Positions 1-14,583 of a stretch of DNA of 64,000 bases are shown in pieces (the first letter of the stretch is position 1; each line of letters begins with the position of its first letter). Below the pieces are notes generated by a model. The model saw nothing but the letters and a program-made list of their open reading frames with translations. It did no database searches and was not told where the DNA came from. Both the position numbers and the translations under genes were made by a program. The DNA is from Convolutriloba macropyga (taxonomy: Eukaryota), in NCBI RefSeq assembly GCF_964194025.1, contig NC_134473.1, positions 33,852,001-33,916,000 on the forward strand. The letters are read 5' to 3'.

Positions 1-290
1 TTGTGTCTTTGACAAATTTAATTGAAAATATTTTCTTTCAAAAAGGCATTACATGAGATTTTTTCAGTCAAGTTTTATGCCGTGAATCTTTGGACACATG
101 CATTTAATATTAATAGCTGAAGAACTAATTTAGCTTAACTGAATTTAGCTCAGGAACTTAAGTGTCATAATTAATCATATGATTGTTGAAGAATTCACGA
201 GAAAATGTTCATCACTGTCCTCATAGAAAACGTTCAAAATATTTTGTTGAATAATAAGCTCAAGTTATTGGGAATAAATGAAATGTTGGC

Positions 291-687
291 CTGAATTCAA
301 TCATTTCGGCAGATGATAAAATGCAAACAGCAAATATATGTCTGCCATCCTTCAACACGTCTCGCAAAAATGTCATTGGTCGAAACACTGAGCTCTCGCT
401 CGACGTGAACAACCCATTAGCCCAATGGTCCTGTTCCAATGCCTCTTTTTCTGCCTTCGAAACCCGAACTGAATCGGTCGACGCCTCGTGATCAAATCCA
501 CAAACAAAAATAATCCCGAATCCCAATAAGAGCGATCCATCTACTAAATAGTACAACGGAATTCCGTGTCCAATTTTGACTCCACAATTCCAGTACGTAT
601 TTAACAATCCGAAGAAGAACATGAACTTAATTGGGAACTGTTTTCTTCCACGTGAACAAAGTTTATGTTTTTTGTAACAGTAACAAC
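291..687 (-). CDS. Exon of the membrane protein gene (3' limit uncertain)
   Basis: TTAG acceptor at 688-691; CYCYKKHKLCSRGRKQFPIKFMFFFGLL..LVDGSLLLGFGIIFVCG; ends either at CAG|GC (290) or reads to the stop at 260. Confidence 0.7.
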
Positions 688-691
688 CTAA

Positions 692-1254
692 CCATAGTGA
701 TGAGCGGATTCAAATCTTGCAAGATACTTGCAAGATGAATTCATAATATTGCGAGGATCTTGCGAGATGAATTCATAATCTTGCAACAATCTTGCAAGAT
801 GAATTCATAACATTGCGAGGATCTTGCGAGATGAATTCATAATCTTGCAAGATTCTTGCAGGATTAATTCATAATCTTGCAATAATCTTGCAAGATGAAT
901 TCATAATATTGCGAAGATCTTGCGAGATGAATTCATAATCTTGCAAGATACTTGCAAGATGAATTCATAATATTGCGAAGATCTTGCGAGATGAATTCAT
1001 AATCTTGCAAGAATCTTGCGAGATGAATTCATAATATTGCGAAGATCTTGCGAGATGAATTCATAATCTTGCAAGAATCTTGCAAGATGAATTCATAATA
1101 TTGGAAGGATCTTGCAAGATTAAATCATAATCTTGCAAGAATCTTGCAAGATGAATTTATAATCTTGCAAGAATCTTGCAAGCAGATTGCAAGTAGTATG
1201 TATTCCCTGCCAAGATTGCTTGCAATATTCTCGCAATATTTTTGATCGCTAGGG
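692..1254. mobile_element. Non-autonomous DNA element (CMC/EnSpm-like) with internal 32-bp tandem repeat
   Basis: Degenerate TIR CCATAGTGATGA / TGATCGCTAGGG; ~14 units of GATGAATTCATAATCTTGCAAGAATCTTGCAA at 715-1185. Confidence 0.6.
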
Positions 1255-1469
1255 ACGACGTATTTCTGTCGTGTTATACTCTAAATATTTAACAATTACT
1301 ATCTCAAGAACCACGGACAGGATTTCTACCGTTTCATCAAACTTCCGCTTAAGTAGCTAATGTTTGCGTGATATCCCAGGATTAGTATTGGACCAAGACA
1401 GGTATTGGCCAGACCAATTTGGGTTGAGAACAGGAGGATTCCACAACGACCATAACAAAAAAAGAGGTA

Positions 1470-1710
1470 TTGGCCAGACCGAAAAGGCTTTGGTCAGCAT
1501 TATCCACACCCAACAAACTTTGGTCATCATTGACCAGACCATAGAAACTTTGGTCATCATTGGCCAGACCGAAAACACTTTGGTCAGCATTGGCCACACC
1601 CATCAGCTTTTGGTCATCATTGGCCAGATCATACAGACTTTGGTCATCATTGGCTAGACGGAACAGACTTTTGGCACCAGTGGTCAGACTGGACAGAATT
1701 TGGACACTAG
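1470..1710. repeat. 30-bp tandem repeat (~8 units)
   Basis: TGGCCAGACC-N-ACTTTGGTCA(G/T)CAT repeated; explains the overlapping spurious ORFs. Confidence 0.85.
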
Positions 1711-2039
1711 AATTCGGTTAACTAGCTGATTTCAATCGAACAAATTTGCAATATAGGCTAGTTGCAAAAGTAATCTATCTTAAGAATTCAAAGTTTCTTC
1801 AGAATTTTTTGGCAAAAACTTCATTCTGTTTTATGAAGATGGACTGCCTGTTGCAACGCTAGTCTGGTGTTGCTGGTAGATGTTAAATATCTACAAACAA
1901 AAGCAACTAATATTGAGTTGAGCGAATTTCTTGCAAAAGACCGGCCAGTAATTGGCTTCGTCAGTAACTGGCCCCGGTGTATTGATGCTGGCTGTAGCTT
2001 AATTGAAGGAGCGTAAGATGAAAGCATGAAAGCAGCAGG

Positions 2040-2375
2040 GGGTGCACCAGGCGGGGGGACAGTGGCGGGGGAGCGGTGGGAGGGGGTCTTTGGCTGCCCG
2101 GCCCCTTACGGCCTAAATGATGTGCAGGAGTGCGGATTGCGGGTTGATGTGGGGGAGGAGTGAGTTGGCGGTAAAACTCTAAAAACTGCACTTCACACCA
2201 TAAGTATAAGTCTCCAAAACCGTTTCTGTGAATCCCATACTTGGAGGCAAATGAGCTGAAAGGCTCTAAAAGAACTTAATGCCAGCTGGCGCTACCTGTT
2301 TAACCCGTCTTTGAGGACAAAAAGTCAAACGGGTCAGACGAAAATCGGTCAAGTAAAAAATTGCATTGAAAAGAC
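2040..2375 (+). repeat. Dispersed repeat; reverse copies at ~32940-33240 and ~34890-35000
   Basis: Shared CACC(A)TAAGTATA.GTCTCCAAAAC anchor, GAGCTGAAAG.CTCTAA, GACAAAAAGTCAA and an adjoining G-rich tract. Confidence 0.75.
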
Positions 2376-4559
2376 CAACAAGAATAATATATTTGCTAGA
2401 AATTTCGTTGGAGAGCCATTAAAAAGAAGTTTGGATAATTTAACTATTAGTAATCCCACAAAAATTCAATATTCGACTTGTGAAAAGACCTTACTTGACC
2501 TATTAAATGAACATGGTCGACCTTAATTTGTTATGAAAAGACCATATCTGGACCCATGAAAAGACTTTACCTCGACTTTAACTAGGAGCTGGAAAGTGTA
2601 TTTATAGTCAATTTTGAACCCCCTGCTAGAATAATAAAGCCTTTTCATAAGTCGAGGTCTAAACCTGGGAACTGCTGCAGCAACTTTTTGTAATTTTACA
2701 ATTGTTTGTGAAGCGGGCTAAAAGACGCGATTAACCATAAAAAATGTAGCAAACAGAGGTCGGACGAATTGCTCTCAGACGATTGGCAAGGGGCTAGAAT
2801 GGCAAGGCCGTAATTCAGTTGATTAGCAAATACCAATACATATTTGGTAAATGTCAGTAAGATTGCTGACATTCTGCGTACTTAATAACGCGTTCGTTTT
2901 GTTATATGCCTTGCTTGTGTTTATAGTCGACTTAGAGTAGTGGTAGGGGTAGGGGTATTCGTTGTTTGCCACCTAACTAGAAACCAACTCATTGCTTAGT
3001 TACGTACGATTGTTAAGGAGTTTCGGAGAAACTAGCCCATCGACTTCCCAATTCACTTCCTCAATTATCGTCCCCCTCCCACATGGTATAGTAAAATGAA
3101 ATCTGGTTACCATAAGCTTTTGTATACATATGCGACATAGAGGTCCACGGTCGCCTACAAATATTCGAAGGGCGCATTGGCTCCTGCCCAATGTTATATT
3201 GAGTGAGAACAAAATCGCTGATTAAAACAAAGCAAGTTGAGCTTCTATAGTCCTATCAAAATTGGTTTTTGTGTTTCATTCAAAAATGCAGTGAAATTAT
3301 TTACATATGTGATATATGGAACATTTTATATTGTAAATTTGCAGCGCTATTCATTAAAATTTTTCCCTTTATTTGGTTCATTTGGCTTTGTAAATCTGAA
3401 TTTTATTCAGTTCATGTTTGAAGATCATCATTAATTTTTCAAACCCTTTTAAAATTTTTGTTATGATTCACAGTCTGTGCATTCAAACAACTTCCGGTTA
3501 ATTTTACCGCAATTTTTTAATTTTTGCTAGTTCATATCTTTAGTGCATGATCAAACTGATGATCAAATTCTGTTTCAATTTCAATCCTCACTCTTTGTCA
3601 ATTTGAATCAATTTTCAGTTGAATCTCTTTCCAACTAATTTTCGCTCTGCAACTTAGCTTAATTCAATCAGTACCAAAATTTTAGTCTTTCGTTACGTTA
3701 ATCAATATTCCTAATTCGTTAATTGTTTTCGCGGAGCGAATACCGCATAAATTTTGTCACGAAATAACATATTTTAAATTAACAAAATAATGCGCGATTG
3801 TGCACCGCAAAATCACTCTATTTCAAATACAAAACTGAGTGGGATTTCGCCAAGCAAAATCATCAGTCAGTGCAGAAAGAACTCCTGTGCGACAATTAAC
3901 ATACTTAGTTAATACTTGTTTATTTACTTATATCTTGCAGGCAGCCAACGTCTAATCGGTTTCTTCCAACCTTCCTTGCATAATAATCAAATACAAATTG
4001 TTCTAAAGTTAATAAATGTCTATTTTTATTTCTGTTCATAGCAGTACCACGACGTTCCATAGTTACAATTCCATTTTCTTCCATGTTGTGTCCATTTGGG
4101 AACACAACACCACTTCTGTTAGTATAATGTTAATGTGAACCAGTGCAACCTCTTCGAAGCGTTTTTCAATGATATTTTCTCTTCATGAAAAGCGTTCTGT
4201 AATGGTAATTCTCATGTTTACGGTCTACGTGATAACAATCGTAACAATAGCAGGTCGACCGAAAGGACCGCTAGATTTTGCTAGTGACAAGGTTACAGCA
4301 GACTTAGAGACTAGTATGTCGTAAGGCTCTTAGGGGCTCTAAAAGCTCTTAATGCTATCCGTGTTTTTTTCTTTGTTCATTTTGTTTTTGAAGACGGAAA
4401 ATCAAAAGCCTCAGACAAAAATCGATCAACCGAAAAATCGAATCCAAAAAGACCACAGGATTAATACAGTTGCTACAAACTTCGTTTGCGAGTAATATTC
4501 ATTATTGTTTACCGTTACAAAATTGTAAACATTTCATTTTTAAGAGGGTATAATTCCAC

Positions 4560-4816
4560 CGGGGACTGTAACAGTTCCCTTGAATGCACAGAGCCAAATC
4601 CGGTAGAATTTTCTTAGTTCTAAACCAAAGAAAGCCCAGTTGAAGATAACAGCCAATGAAAATGCTTGGATGTAAGCGGTGCCGAAGAAACGAATGGGAA
4701 GCTCCAAGAACATTCTGAAGAATTCTAACGCCTCGCCTGTTTGACTTATGAAAGCGAAGGTCACAAACAGAGCTCCAATCACAATGCAAGCAACGCCCAG
4801 AGAGTGCTCGTAAATC
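4560..4816 (-). CDS. Internal exon of the membrane protein gene
   Basis: TTTAG acceptor, G|GT donor; IYEHSLGVACIVIGALFVTFAFIS..QAFSLAVIFNWAFFG; phases match both neighbours. Confidence 0.75.
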
Positions 4817-5399
4817 CTAAATCGGACATATTTGTTCTGACCCCACTCGTGGGGGGAGGGAACTATATGCTCAAATGTTTTTTTTCAGTCAATGTAGCCC
4901 GATAAATATATTTATCATAGAGAATTGAGACTGGTATAACTAGAAAGCCCGTCAAGGGTAGAGTGTGAAATTAAAAGATTTTTTCGAGGTTTGAACAATT
5001 CACTTTTCAAACCATTCTGTTCACATTTTTGGCCATGTTTTAAAAAATAAGTTTATGGCCCGACTATGTTAGCATTTACTATGTCAACATGTACGGATTT
5101 TAGTAACCCCAAAGCAATATCGCGGATATTTTTTCTGTCATCGTGGCATTTAGAATAAAACGGATTTGGATTTGGATCTAGATTTCTCCAATTATTTTTC
5201 TTGTGATAATTCGACTTCTGTTATGTTTTCTTTCTTGTGAGAGAACTATACCTTTTAGGATGCAATTGTTTTATGGTGACTGTATCTTGTTGTATGAATT
5301 TGTTTGAGGGCAAATAATGGTTTTGTTGACGTTGAAAGAAAAAATTTCACTGAAGTTTGTAAAATTTGTGCATTTTTGTTCTTTAGATTTTTATTTTGC

Positions 5400-8300
5400 T
5401 GAGTCCTACACTGACAGGTCTCATTGAAGTTCTTCTGAGTTCTATACGAACCTCAATAAAGTTCTCAGTTAATAGTTTCTGGCTTTGATTAAATTGAAGC
5501 TTTTTTACCAAAAATATAGAGTTTTGACTATAGATGATTTTAATGCAGTTTTCTCAGTCTCATTGGATTCAGTAACAAAAAAGGAGTCTTAAAAAGGCTT
5601 GGAATTCTAATCAATGGTTTTCATGACTGAACACCAACTGTTTTAAAAAGAAATGTAACTAAATTTGTGTTTTAGGCTTTTTATGGTTAACTTTGTGGTC
5701 CTGCCCTTCATAATCATTTATTAAAATTAGTTTAGTGAAGATACTAAAGATCATTTTATTAAATCAGTGATGAGGTACATTTTAATATTAACATCTTTTT
5801 TAAATTATAGCTTATCAAAAGAACAAAATTGTGGTCCTTTAATTCTTTGAAAACTAAATTTCCATGCTTTTCGAGTTCTGTCTATATTTGTTTTTCATTC
5901 ATTATGTTTTTTTGTTCCATTTTGGCTGCTAATAATGCAAAAACTTAGCGGGATTGCCCAAAAACTTAGCGGGTTTTCTTTAAAAAAGATATTAGGAAGC
6001 TTACGAATGTGTCCGTTTGACAGCGAAACGTTGTTCAAAAAACAATAACATATTATAGAAAATAAAATTACCCCCGAATATTGTTATGCTGAGTTGTAAA
6101 CCGTTATCGTTCAAAAGAATCTATATAGCTGCTCCTAAGCTTGTGTTCTTGCGTTTTAGTTTTTGAATTTTACTTTGAGTTTGTATTTATTTTTTAACAC
6201 AAATGTTTTCAAGAAATTGGAGATATTTTTAGATTTTTCTTGTTTACATTTTTGCATATGTGGGTTCGTGTTTAATTTGTTAAAACAAAAGCTGGTTTGA
6301 ATCTAGGTTCAATATCTGCGTACCCACTCATGACGCTTGGTTAAACTCTATTTGAGTTTGAATTGTCAAATCAGATTTTTGAGTGCACAGTTCGTGTTTT
6401 TTTCTTATCTTTCGCACTAACTTTTAAATATAATGAGATTTTTTAAAATCTAATGAAAATTCTGTGGAGGGAGAACAATTTTATATGGAAGAAATTTTTC
6501 AGTTCAATGACTTTATTGGTTGAATCTTGTTTTGAAAACGCGATATTTGTTGACTTGTGGATTTCTGTTTTTTGTTTGGTGGATTTAGATGTTTAATTGA
6601 TGAAATTGTTGGTTATTTCATTCAAAAATTGCATCAGAAATCATGCAATATCTGTCTTTCCCTTCTTTGGTATATATTTCCGGGAAATAAAAAAGGTAAC
6701 CACACTGATATTAACTTTTTTTATGTAAACTTTTGCCATTTTTTAAAAACTCTATCAAAGTTTATCAAGAATTTCTACACCTGAACAACGGAGTTTATAT
6801 AATGCAGACTATTTGTCCTAAAGAGGTATAAATTATGTTTTGGGAATTGTTCTGAGCTGGAAAAATGATTTTGTTGGCATAGAGATTACTTGTTGTCATT
6901 TAAGTTCTGCAAGTTTTGTCCTTTTTATTCTTATATTGTACTGTTATCAAATCCCAAAACTGAGAGGAACAGTAGAAGCCCAATCGTGGTTTTATAAACC
7001 GATCAAATTAATCTTTCTCATATTGTGGTACTGAGTAAATCAAATTTTTTTTTATAACAAAAAATTATATATTTTACAGTTTTGAATATAGATACTTTTT
7101 TGCAGGCTTTTTCTCTTTTCTCCCAAATAACGAAAGATCTCATTGATTGCAATCAAAATGAGTCCTACAATGACAGGTCTCATTGAAGTTCTTCTGAGTT
7201 CTATACGAACCATAATAAAGTTCTCAGTTAATATTTTCTGGCTTTGATTAAATTGAAGCTTTTTTACCAAAATTTCATAGTTTCGACTAAAGATGATTTT
7301 ACTGCATTTTTCTCAGTCTCATTGAATTTAGTAACAAAAAAGAGCCCTAAAAAGGCTTGGGCCTCTAATTAAGGGTTTTCATGACTGGACACCAACTGTT
7401 TTAAAAAGAAATATAACTAAATTTGTGTTTTAGGCTTTTTATGGTTAACTTTGTGGTCCTGCCCTTCATAATCATTTATTAAAATTAGTTTAGTGAAGAT
7501 ACTAAAGATCATTTTATTAAATCAGTGATGAGGTACATTTTAATATTAACATCTTTTTTAAATTATAGCTTATCAAAAGAACAAAATTGTGGTCCTTTAA
7601 TTCTTTGAAAACTAAATTTCCAAAATTTTCGAGTTCTGTCTATATTTGTTTTTCATTCATTATGTTTTTTATTACTTTTTTGCTGCGGAAAACTGCAATT
7701 ATCAGTTAGCCGAGTGCCCGAAAACTTAGCGGGTTTTCTTAAAAAAGATTTTAGGAAGCTTACGAATGTGTCCGTTTGACAGCGAAATGTTGTTCAAAAA
7801 ACAATAACATATTATAGAAAATAAAATTAACCCCGAATATTGTTATGCTGACTTGTAATCCGTTATCGTTCAAAAGAATCTATATAGCTGCTCGCCAGCT
7901 TGTGTGCTTGCGTCTACTGGTTTTAGTTTCTGAATTTTACTTTGAGTTTGTATTTGTTTTTTAACACAAATGTTTTTAAGAAATTGGAGAAATTTTTAGA
8001 TTTTTCTTGTTTACATTTTTGCATATGTGGGTTCGTGTTTAATTTGTTAAAACAAAAGCTGGTTTGAGTCTAGGTGCAATATCTGCGTACCCACTCATGA
8101 CGCTTGGTTAAACTCTATTCGAGTTTGAATTATCAAATCAGATTTATGAGTGCACAGTTCGTGTTTTTTTCTTATCTTTCGCACTAACTTTTAAATATAA
8201 TGAGAGTTTCTAAAGTCTAATGAAAATTCTGTGGAGGGAGAACAATTTTATATGGAAGAAATTTTTAAGTTCACATACTTTGCTGGTTGAATCTTGTTTT

Positions 8301-8917
8301 GAAAAGGCGATAGATGTTGACTTGTGGTTTTCTGTTTTTTGTTTGGTGGATTTAGATGTTTAATTGATGAAATTGTTGGTTATTTCATTCAAAAATTGCT
8401 TCAGAAATCATGCAATATCTGTCTTTCCCTTCTTTGGTATATATTTCCGGGAAATAAAAAAGTTAACCACACTGATATTAACTTTTTTATGTAAACTTTT
8501 GCCATTTTTTCAAAACTCTATCAAAGTTTATCAAGAATTTCTACACCTGAACAACGGAGTTTATATAATGCAGACTATTTGTCCTAAAGATGCATAAATT
8601 ATGTTTTGGGAATTGCTCTGAGCTGGAAAAATGATTTTGTTGACATTGAAATTACTTGTTGTCATTTAAGTTCTGTAAGTTTTGTCCATTTTATTCTTAT
8701 ATTGTATTGTTATCAAATCCCAAAACTGAGAGGAACCGTTGAAGCCCACTCGTGGTCTGATAAACCGACCAAATTAATCTTTTTTATATTGTGGTACTGA
8801 TTAAATTAAATTTTTTGTTTGATGAAAAATTGTAAGTTTTACAGTTTTGAATATAGATACTTTTTTGCAGGCTTTTTCTCCCAACTAACGAAAGATCTCA
8901 TTGATGGCAATTGAAAC
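5400..8917. repeat. ~1.76-kb tandem duplication (5400-7159 / 7160-8917), possibly within a very decayed minus-strand LINE
   Basis: Both units start GAGTCCTACA.TGACAGGTCTCATTGAAG and end near AACGAAAGATCTCATTGAT; long identical stretches; faint GYAD-like RT motif on minus at ~6320/8085 (LINE call weak). Confidence 0.9.
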
Positions 8918-9857
8918 GAAAATTACACCTATGAATACAGGGAAATTATAGAAAAACACTTTGTTTGAAAGGACACTATTTATTTAATTTTAAGAGAATT
9001 TCGATTTCGAACAATTTTTTTCTAGCCCTTGAACCTCATTTAACAAAGTCATCATCAGTCCATAGTGAGGCAAATCTGAATCTAAGTTCTTTTTCCAGTT
9101 GATAATTAATCATAAATAAAGAATTTTTGCCATTTAATTGTGTAAAATTTTGGAGAATTTTTGGGTAATGTCTATTTTTCGTTTTTTACTCTATCGAATT
9201 TTTGGTAAATTTGGTTGATTCTGTTTGGAATTCAAAAATAGTTTGGTTGCTGACAAGTCGATACCGTTGCTGAATAGCCGTAGTTGAAAGTTTTGATTTT
9301 TCGATTTGAAAAGCAATGGTGTTATGTTTAAATTCAAAAAAGTTGAGCAGAATTTGGGAAAAGTTATGCTCTTCAATATTGTTTCCTTTTTTATTAAAAT
9401 AATCTAGTTACCAAGACATTTCACTATACAGCTTGGATAAACTGTATTTGAATTTTATCTGATTTTGTTTTCTCAGTTTAGTTTTTGTAAACGAGTGCAC
9501 TGATCGATTTTGTTTACTTCTACGTTCAGTTATCTGAGAAACTGAAATCTAATCGAAACTAAAAGAAGCCATTTGGTACCGAAATGGTTTTACAATAGAT
9601 GCTGAATAGATGCTGACTTCTAGATTTTGATTTTTGGTTTTTTGGTGAAACTATTTGTTCACCTTATAATTTTTTCTTTCTACTTACATTAGAGTAGATT
9701 TCATGCCTGTCATTCAAGTTTTTTCTAGTGTTCATTCAGGTGAAGTAACGGCATTTGACTCACGGTACTGGCTCATCTTTTTTACAGAATTCTGTCTTTT
9801 CTTAAGAATCCAGCAAAGTTCAAACTACAATATTTGCGCTTCTTCTTTGAGAGTATT

Positions 9858-9929
9858 CAGTTTGTAGACAACTGTTTGTAGACAACTATTTGTGTTTGTA
9901 GACAACTGCTTCAGTTTGTAGACAACTGA
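9858..9929. repeat. Short tandem repeat GTTTGTAGACAACT x4
   Basis: Directly visible. Confidence 0.85.
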
Positions 9930-11538
9930 GCTAAACTTGCGGATCAGCCGGGTCAAACATTATGTGCCATTGTACATTGGCGATCACCCTTGTATTACCA
10001 CAAACAATGTTTTTTCGTCCTTCGGTAAGCAGAAGGTGCACTTAAACTTATTTTCTGAATTTTGAATTTAAGTCTGAAAATTTATTGACGTGGGAGATCG
10101 ATATTTAGTAATTTTCTCCAAAAAGTTGGTAGAAGAAGGAAGAAATCATCTAGAACTAAATTTTAGCATAGCTGGCAGATTGCCAGAAAATATCCGCAAT
10201 AGCTTCTTAGATCTGCAGTCTCAAAAAGAACAGTAAAAATGACAAACCAAAAAAATTCGTCTTTTCATTAAAGGCTGATATGTTATATTTTGATTTGAAA
10301 ATCTGTATTTGAAAGTTTTTGCTGCCTCTATTAGTTGCCCTCAAATCACCTTCATTTAGAGTGACACACATTCGCTTGACATTACGTCTTTGAATTGAAG
10401 TAAACAAAAGTCAATTTCAAAGTGAGGAAGTCATTTTTGAGAGTGAAGTAAGTCAAGAGTGACCAAAAATTTAATCAAGCGAATGAACAAAAAAACTCGC
10501 TCCCTAAGAGCGAAAAATGAAGTCACACACGCACTTCAGTTGAAATTGCAAGAACGAATGAACAAAAATTAGATTTGAGGTGGTTTTGACGTCATATGGT
10601 CGTAACAAAAATCGCGACGACTAAATAAAAACATAGAAGGACAAGTCCTGACGTACAATTCAAAGAATTTTCATCGACTACACAAAAAATTAGACCTAGA
10701 GGGGATTATGAGTGAACTGGGAAAAGCAGTTCTAAAAAATCAGATCCAATAAATTTTTTTAAAAAAACCAGAAAATCAATATCAAAATGCCGCATTTGAA
10801 CAAAAAAACCAAAAGCGAGAAAGCGAACTTCTATTCAAACATCGTTTTCTCTTTCTACTTTAAAATTAGAGCGAAAAAATTCCACGCTGCAAAAGCACTC
10901 GCTTTTTCGCTCCATTTCCTGTTTCGGCTTGACCAAAATCACTACTCCAATTTGACTTCAAAAATCATGAAAATGTGTGAACAGATCTTTAAAAAAATAC
11001 AGCGCCCCAATACAATTCAAATTCTTTGAATTGTAAAAAAAAACCAAGAGAAGGCCAGTGATAGCCGCAGATATCGCTCTGCGGCTATTAATAACTTTAT
11101 ACAGATCTTACACACGAATCTAGCATTGCACTTCACCATATCTACATGTCCAAGTACACGTAAAATAGTGATTTGATTTTCCATAGAAATTAGGTTTCCG
11201 CTTACCATTATATAGCCGAACAGAGGTAAAAATAATCATTACATTTGTTCTATTATTTGAGCTATTCTTCCGTTAAATTCTCAATATATCGATGCTTTTT
11301 GATGTTTAAAACTGGCAACATTGAAAACTGCTTCAAATTTTTTTTGGTTTTTTTTCAGTTTTCTTTACTCTGAAATGATATGAAGATAACAATGATATGA
11401 AAGAGTGGGCTCTTTCCCTTTACAAACTCCCACAAAAATAAAAGCCCTACTTATTGTAATTAGAGGCAAATGAGAGGTTTATACGTCTCAGCCAGGTTAA
11501 AAAGAAGGGAGAAATAAAGAATCCAGTGTTGTACTTGC

Positions 11539-11748
11539 CTGCATATCATGAGATAGACAAGAATGGCAATGAGAGGATACAAGCAGCGAAGTGAGAGGAA
11601 CATAGCAGTGACGTAAGTCTCGTAATAGTTGTCTGTAGGACATCCCTCGTAACACATAGTCTCTGTGTCGAAAGAGGCTACTACTGTGATGAAACATGCC
11701 ATGAGAAGAGGCAACACCCTCCCTGCGTATTTATACAAAGGAGTGTCA
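11539..11748 (-). CDS. Internal exon of the membrane protein gene
   Basis: TACAG acceptor; DTPLYKYAGRVLPLLMACFITVVA..CLYPLIAILVYLMICR, two hydrophobic segments; donor CAG|GCAAGT in phase with the next exon. Confidence 0.72.
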
Positions 11749-14583
11749 CTGTATTATAACTTGAACTATTTTATTTGAGTTCCAGTATTTTTAAACAACT
11801 GATTTATTAAGCATTTTCTTAAACAAAAAGTTGTTTTTCCAAGATCAGAAACTTTTGTACTGATTTGAAAAGATCTCATCATCATAACTTCTAAAGAGCT
11901 ATGATATGCCATACCCTAGAGCTAATCTGAAAAATCTCGGCTGAACAACATAAATTAAATCTTAGTAATCAAACCGAGTCATATATAATTCTTGGTAATC
12001 TTATCAAATCATATATGAAAAATGTATCTGGAAAATACATGAAATCTTAGCAAATATACTATGATCTTAAATGGTTCTAACTAACCATTAAAAATCATAT
12101 ATGATTCTTATTAATAATTGCAAGATCATGCCTAGAAAATTTAAAAATCCTAATTGAGACCATATATATTCTTTATATGATTATCAAGGATGTTAATCCC
12201 CGGTAGTTACACAAGGGAAAATTAAGCCATTAATTACCAATTAGGTTTTCACTCATTTCTATCAATTGCGCAAGCTGTTGAACCGCACGATTTAAAGCAG
12301 TGAAAAGTGCGAGTACGCACTAAAAGGGCATCTCTTCGCTATTTGCAAAGAGATGCCCTTTACAACTAACTTGGATTTTTTTTTGAAAATCTTCAAAAAA
12401 ACTAGTTGTTGAAAAATTCTCAACTCAATGGAAACACAAACTGTAACCGACAATTCTTACGCTAAAATGTTTTTCCCACCTGTAGAATTTCCTTTGACGA
12501 ATTCTGATCTACCACTGGGTCTATTTTAATAAAACCGGAATCAAACGCTGACAGATCTATACAAACTCCAAAAAATCTTGGATCTACTCCGAGAAATTTT
12601 GCTAATTTGTAGGCCAGAACCGAGATTTTTTTACTCCTTCTTTTTAACCCCGCCCATTGTTTTCGACCCCACTTTGATTTTTATGACATCCACTCATAGT
12701 TTATGTGTTGTTTTATATTACGTAACTATGTAAGAAGTGTCACATGTCACATGGGCGCGTCAAACTTTTATTCCCACTCTTGGGGGCGAAATAGATTAAA
12801 CTCAAGAACTCAAAAAAACAATATGAAGTTTGCTATGCCTTCTTTCCAAACTCTGATACAAATTAATTACTGTCCTGTTCTAATTATTGGCTGCAATTTT
12901 AGTTGCAACATTTAGTTACGTTATTCACAAATGTTATTGTTATTTTTCTGTTTTAAGAAATTCTAGTTTATAAAAGTTCCTTGTTACAATAATTCATTGG
13001 TGGAGGAAATTGATTAAAGTTTGATGTTGCCTGGAGACCACTTGACAGTATTGCAGAAAAACCTCAGCACCTTTTAGCGGTGATAATTATGAAGGCTACA
13101 CTAGCTCTCAGTTTGCACATTTTTTGCATTCATTGCGGTTTTTAAAGAGAAAACACATTGAAAATGCGCGTTAAGAGAGCAAAAATCAACAAGGAATTGT
13201 TTAAAAAAGAGTCATGAAAACTTTTCATTGTTTCCAGCAAACTATTTTTGCCTCTTTGATTGCATTTTAAATTTTTGTATCTCTGTATTAAAAGATAATT
13301 GATAGCGTCAAACATTTTTAAATGAGATGTTTTCTTGAAACATTGCAAAACATAGAAGCTTCAGCTACTATTGTGCACGAAAAAAAACCCTACCTAATGC
13401 ACTCTGATGTTGAGTGCACAAACATTGGCTAGAAAATTAAGTTGATTTATAATTAAGAGTTTGTTTGTTCTGGGGACTAATACTATCTTTTGGGTCTATC
13501 AACCGGATGTCAGATTTAAAAATCTCCTATGACAGAAGATGGATTCTAACAACCACTGGACTCAATCTCATGAATTCAATTTAACCTAAATGAACCCTGC
13601 TGATTTTTGTAGGTTTTGAGAAGAAAAGTACTGTTAACACCAATTCGAAATGGCATATTTTGAAATCAGTTTTCAGTTTCAATATTCATATTAAATTTTT
13701 TGTCAGCCATTCTACAGAAAACTACAATGGTGGGTAATTTACTGAGCGACCACGAATGCTGAGTAAACTGCTGCGTGGCTTGTGTCTTTGTGGAGAAGTG
13801 TTCACCAAAGAGGACAAAAGACAAAACAGATTTGCAGCTGAGTTACAGCTAAAAACATTTTTCTTGCTTTATGTCGTCAAGTCAAAATTCTTCAACTTAG
13901 GAGCCTTATGAGTGAAAAATAACGGACATATTTTTTTGGAGATCACAAGATGAACCCAAAAAAATAAACAACTTTTCTAAGGAGAGAATAATAGGAAAAA
14001 ATTTCAAATTTGTCCATAGTGCAGGCTGTAGAAGAATGGGAAGACAATTTACTGGAGGGTATCAGATAAGAAGCACATTATTGCGACCTCAGAAAACTTA
14101 AATTTTAAAGCCAATTTTGAAGAGCAGCATGAAAAAAATTACAAATTATCTGACTATTGAGGAATTTTGAAGTAAAGTGCAGACTTCAAGATGGGTTTTT
14201 AGCTCATAAAAGCAGCAATGTTTCTTGTTGAAATTAAAGAAAGTTCAACAACTGAACATGGATTGCCCCGCAAAATGAAACAAGAACTTTAGTGCCACTT
14301 TTTTATTTGGAGTTGAGCCTAATTTAGTAAGCCCCGTCTTGTGTCCTGCACTACATGAGAAATGATGACTTCTCAAACAAAGTACAAACGTTTCAGATAA
14401 TATTAAAAGCGAAACATGCGCTAACCTACCAGTACAGCCGCACAGATGGCAAAACTTACACACAATGGCAAACGTGGCCTCTAAAAATGGAATAGACAGT
14501 GTATCTATGAAACAAGAGCATCCCGTGATCTAGGTGGCAAGACGATCGTCCTCATTGGAGTGCAAATTTTACAATAATGAGTA

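Noticed and set aside
715-1185. CRISPR-like 32-bp repeats
   Set aside because: Head-to-tail tandem repeat with no spacers
1357-1657. Overlapping repetitive ORFs
   Set aside because: By-product of the 30-bp tandem repeat
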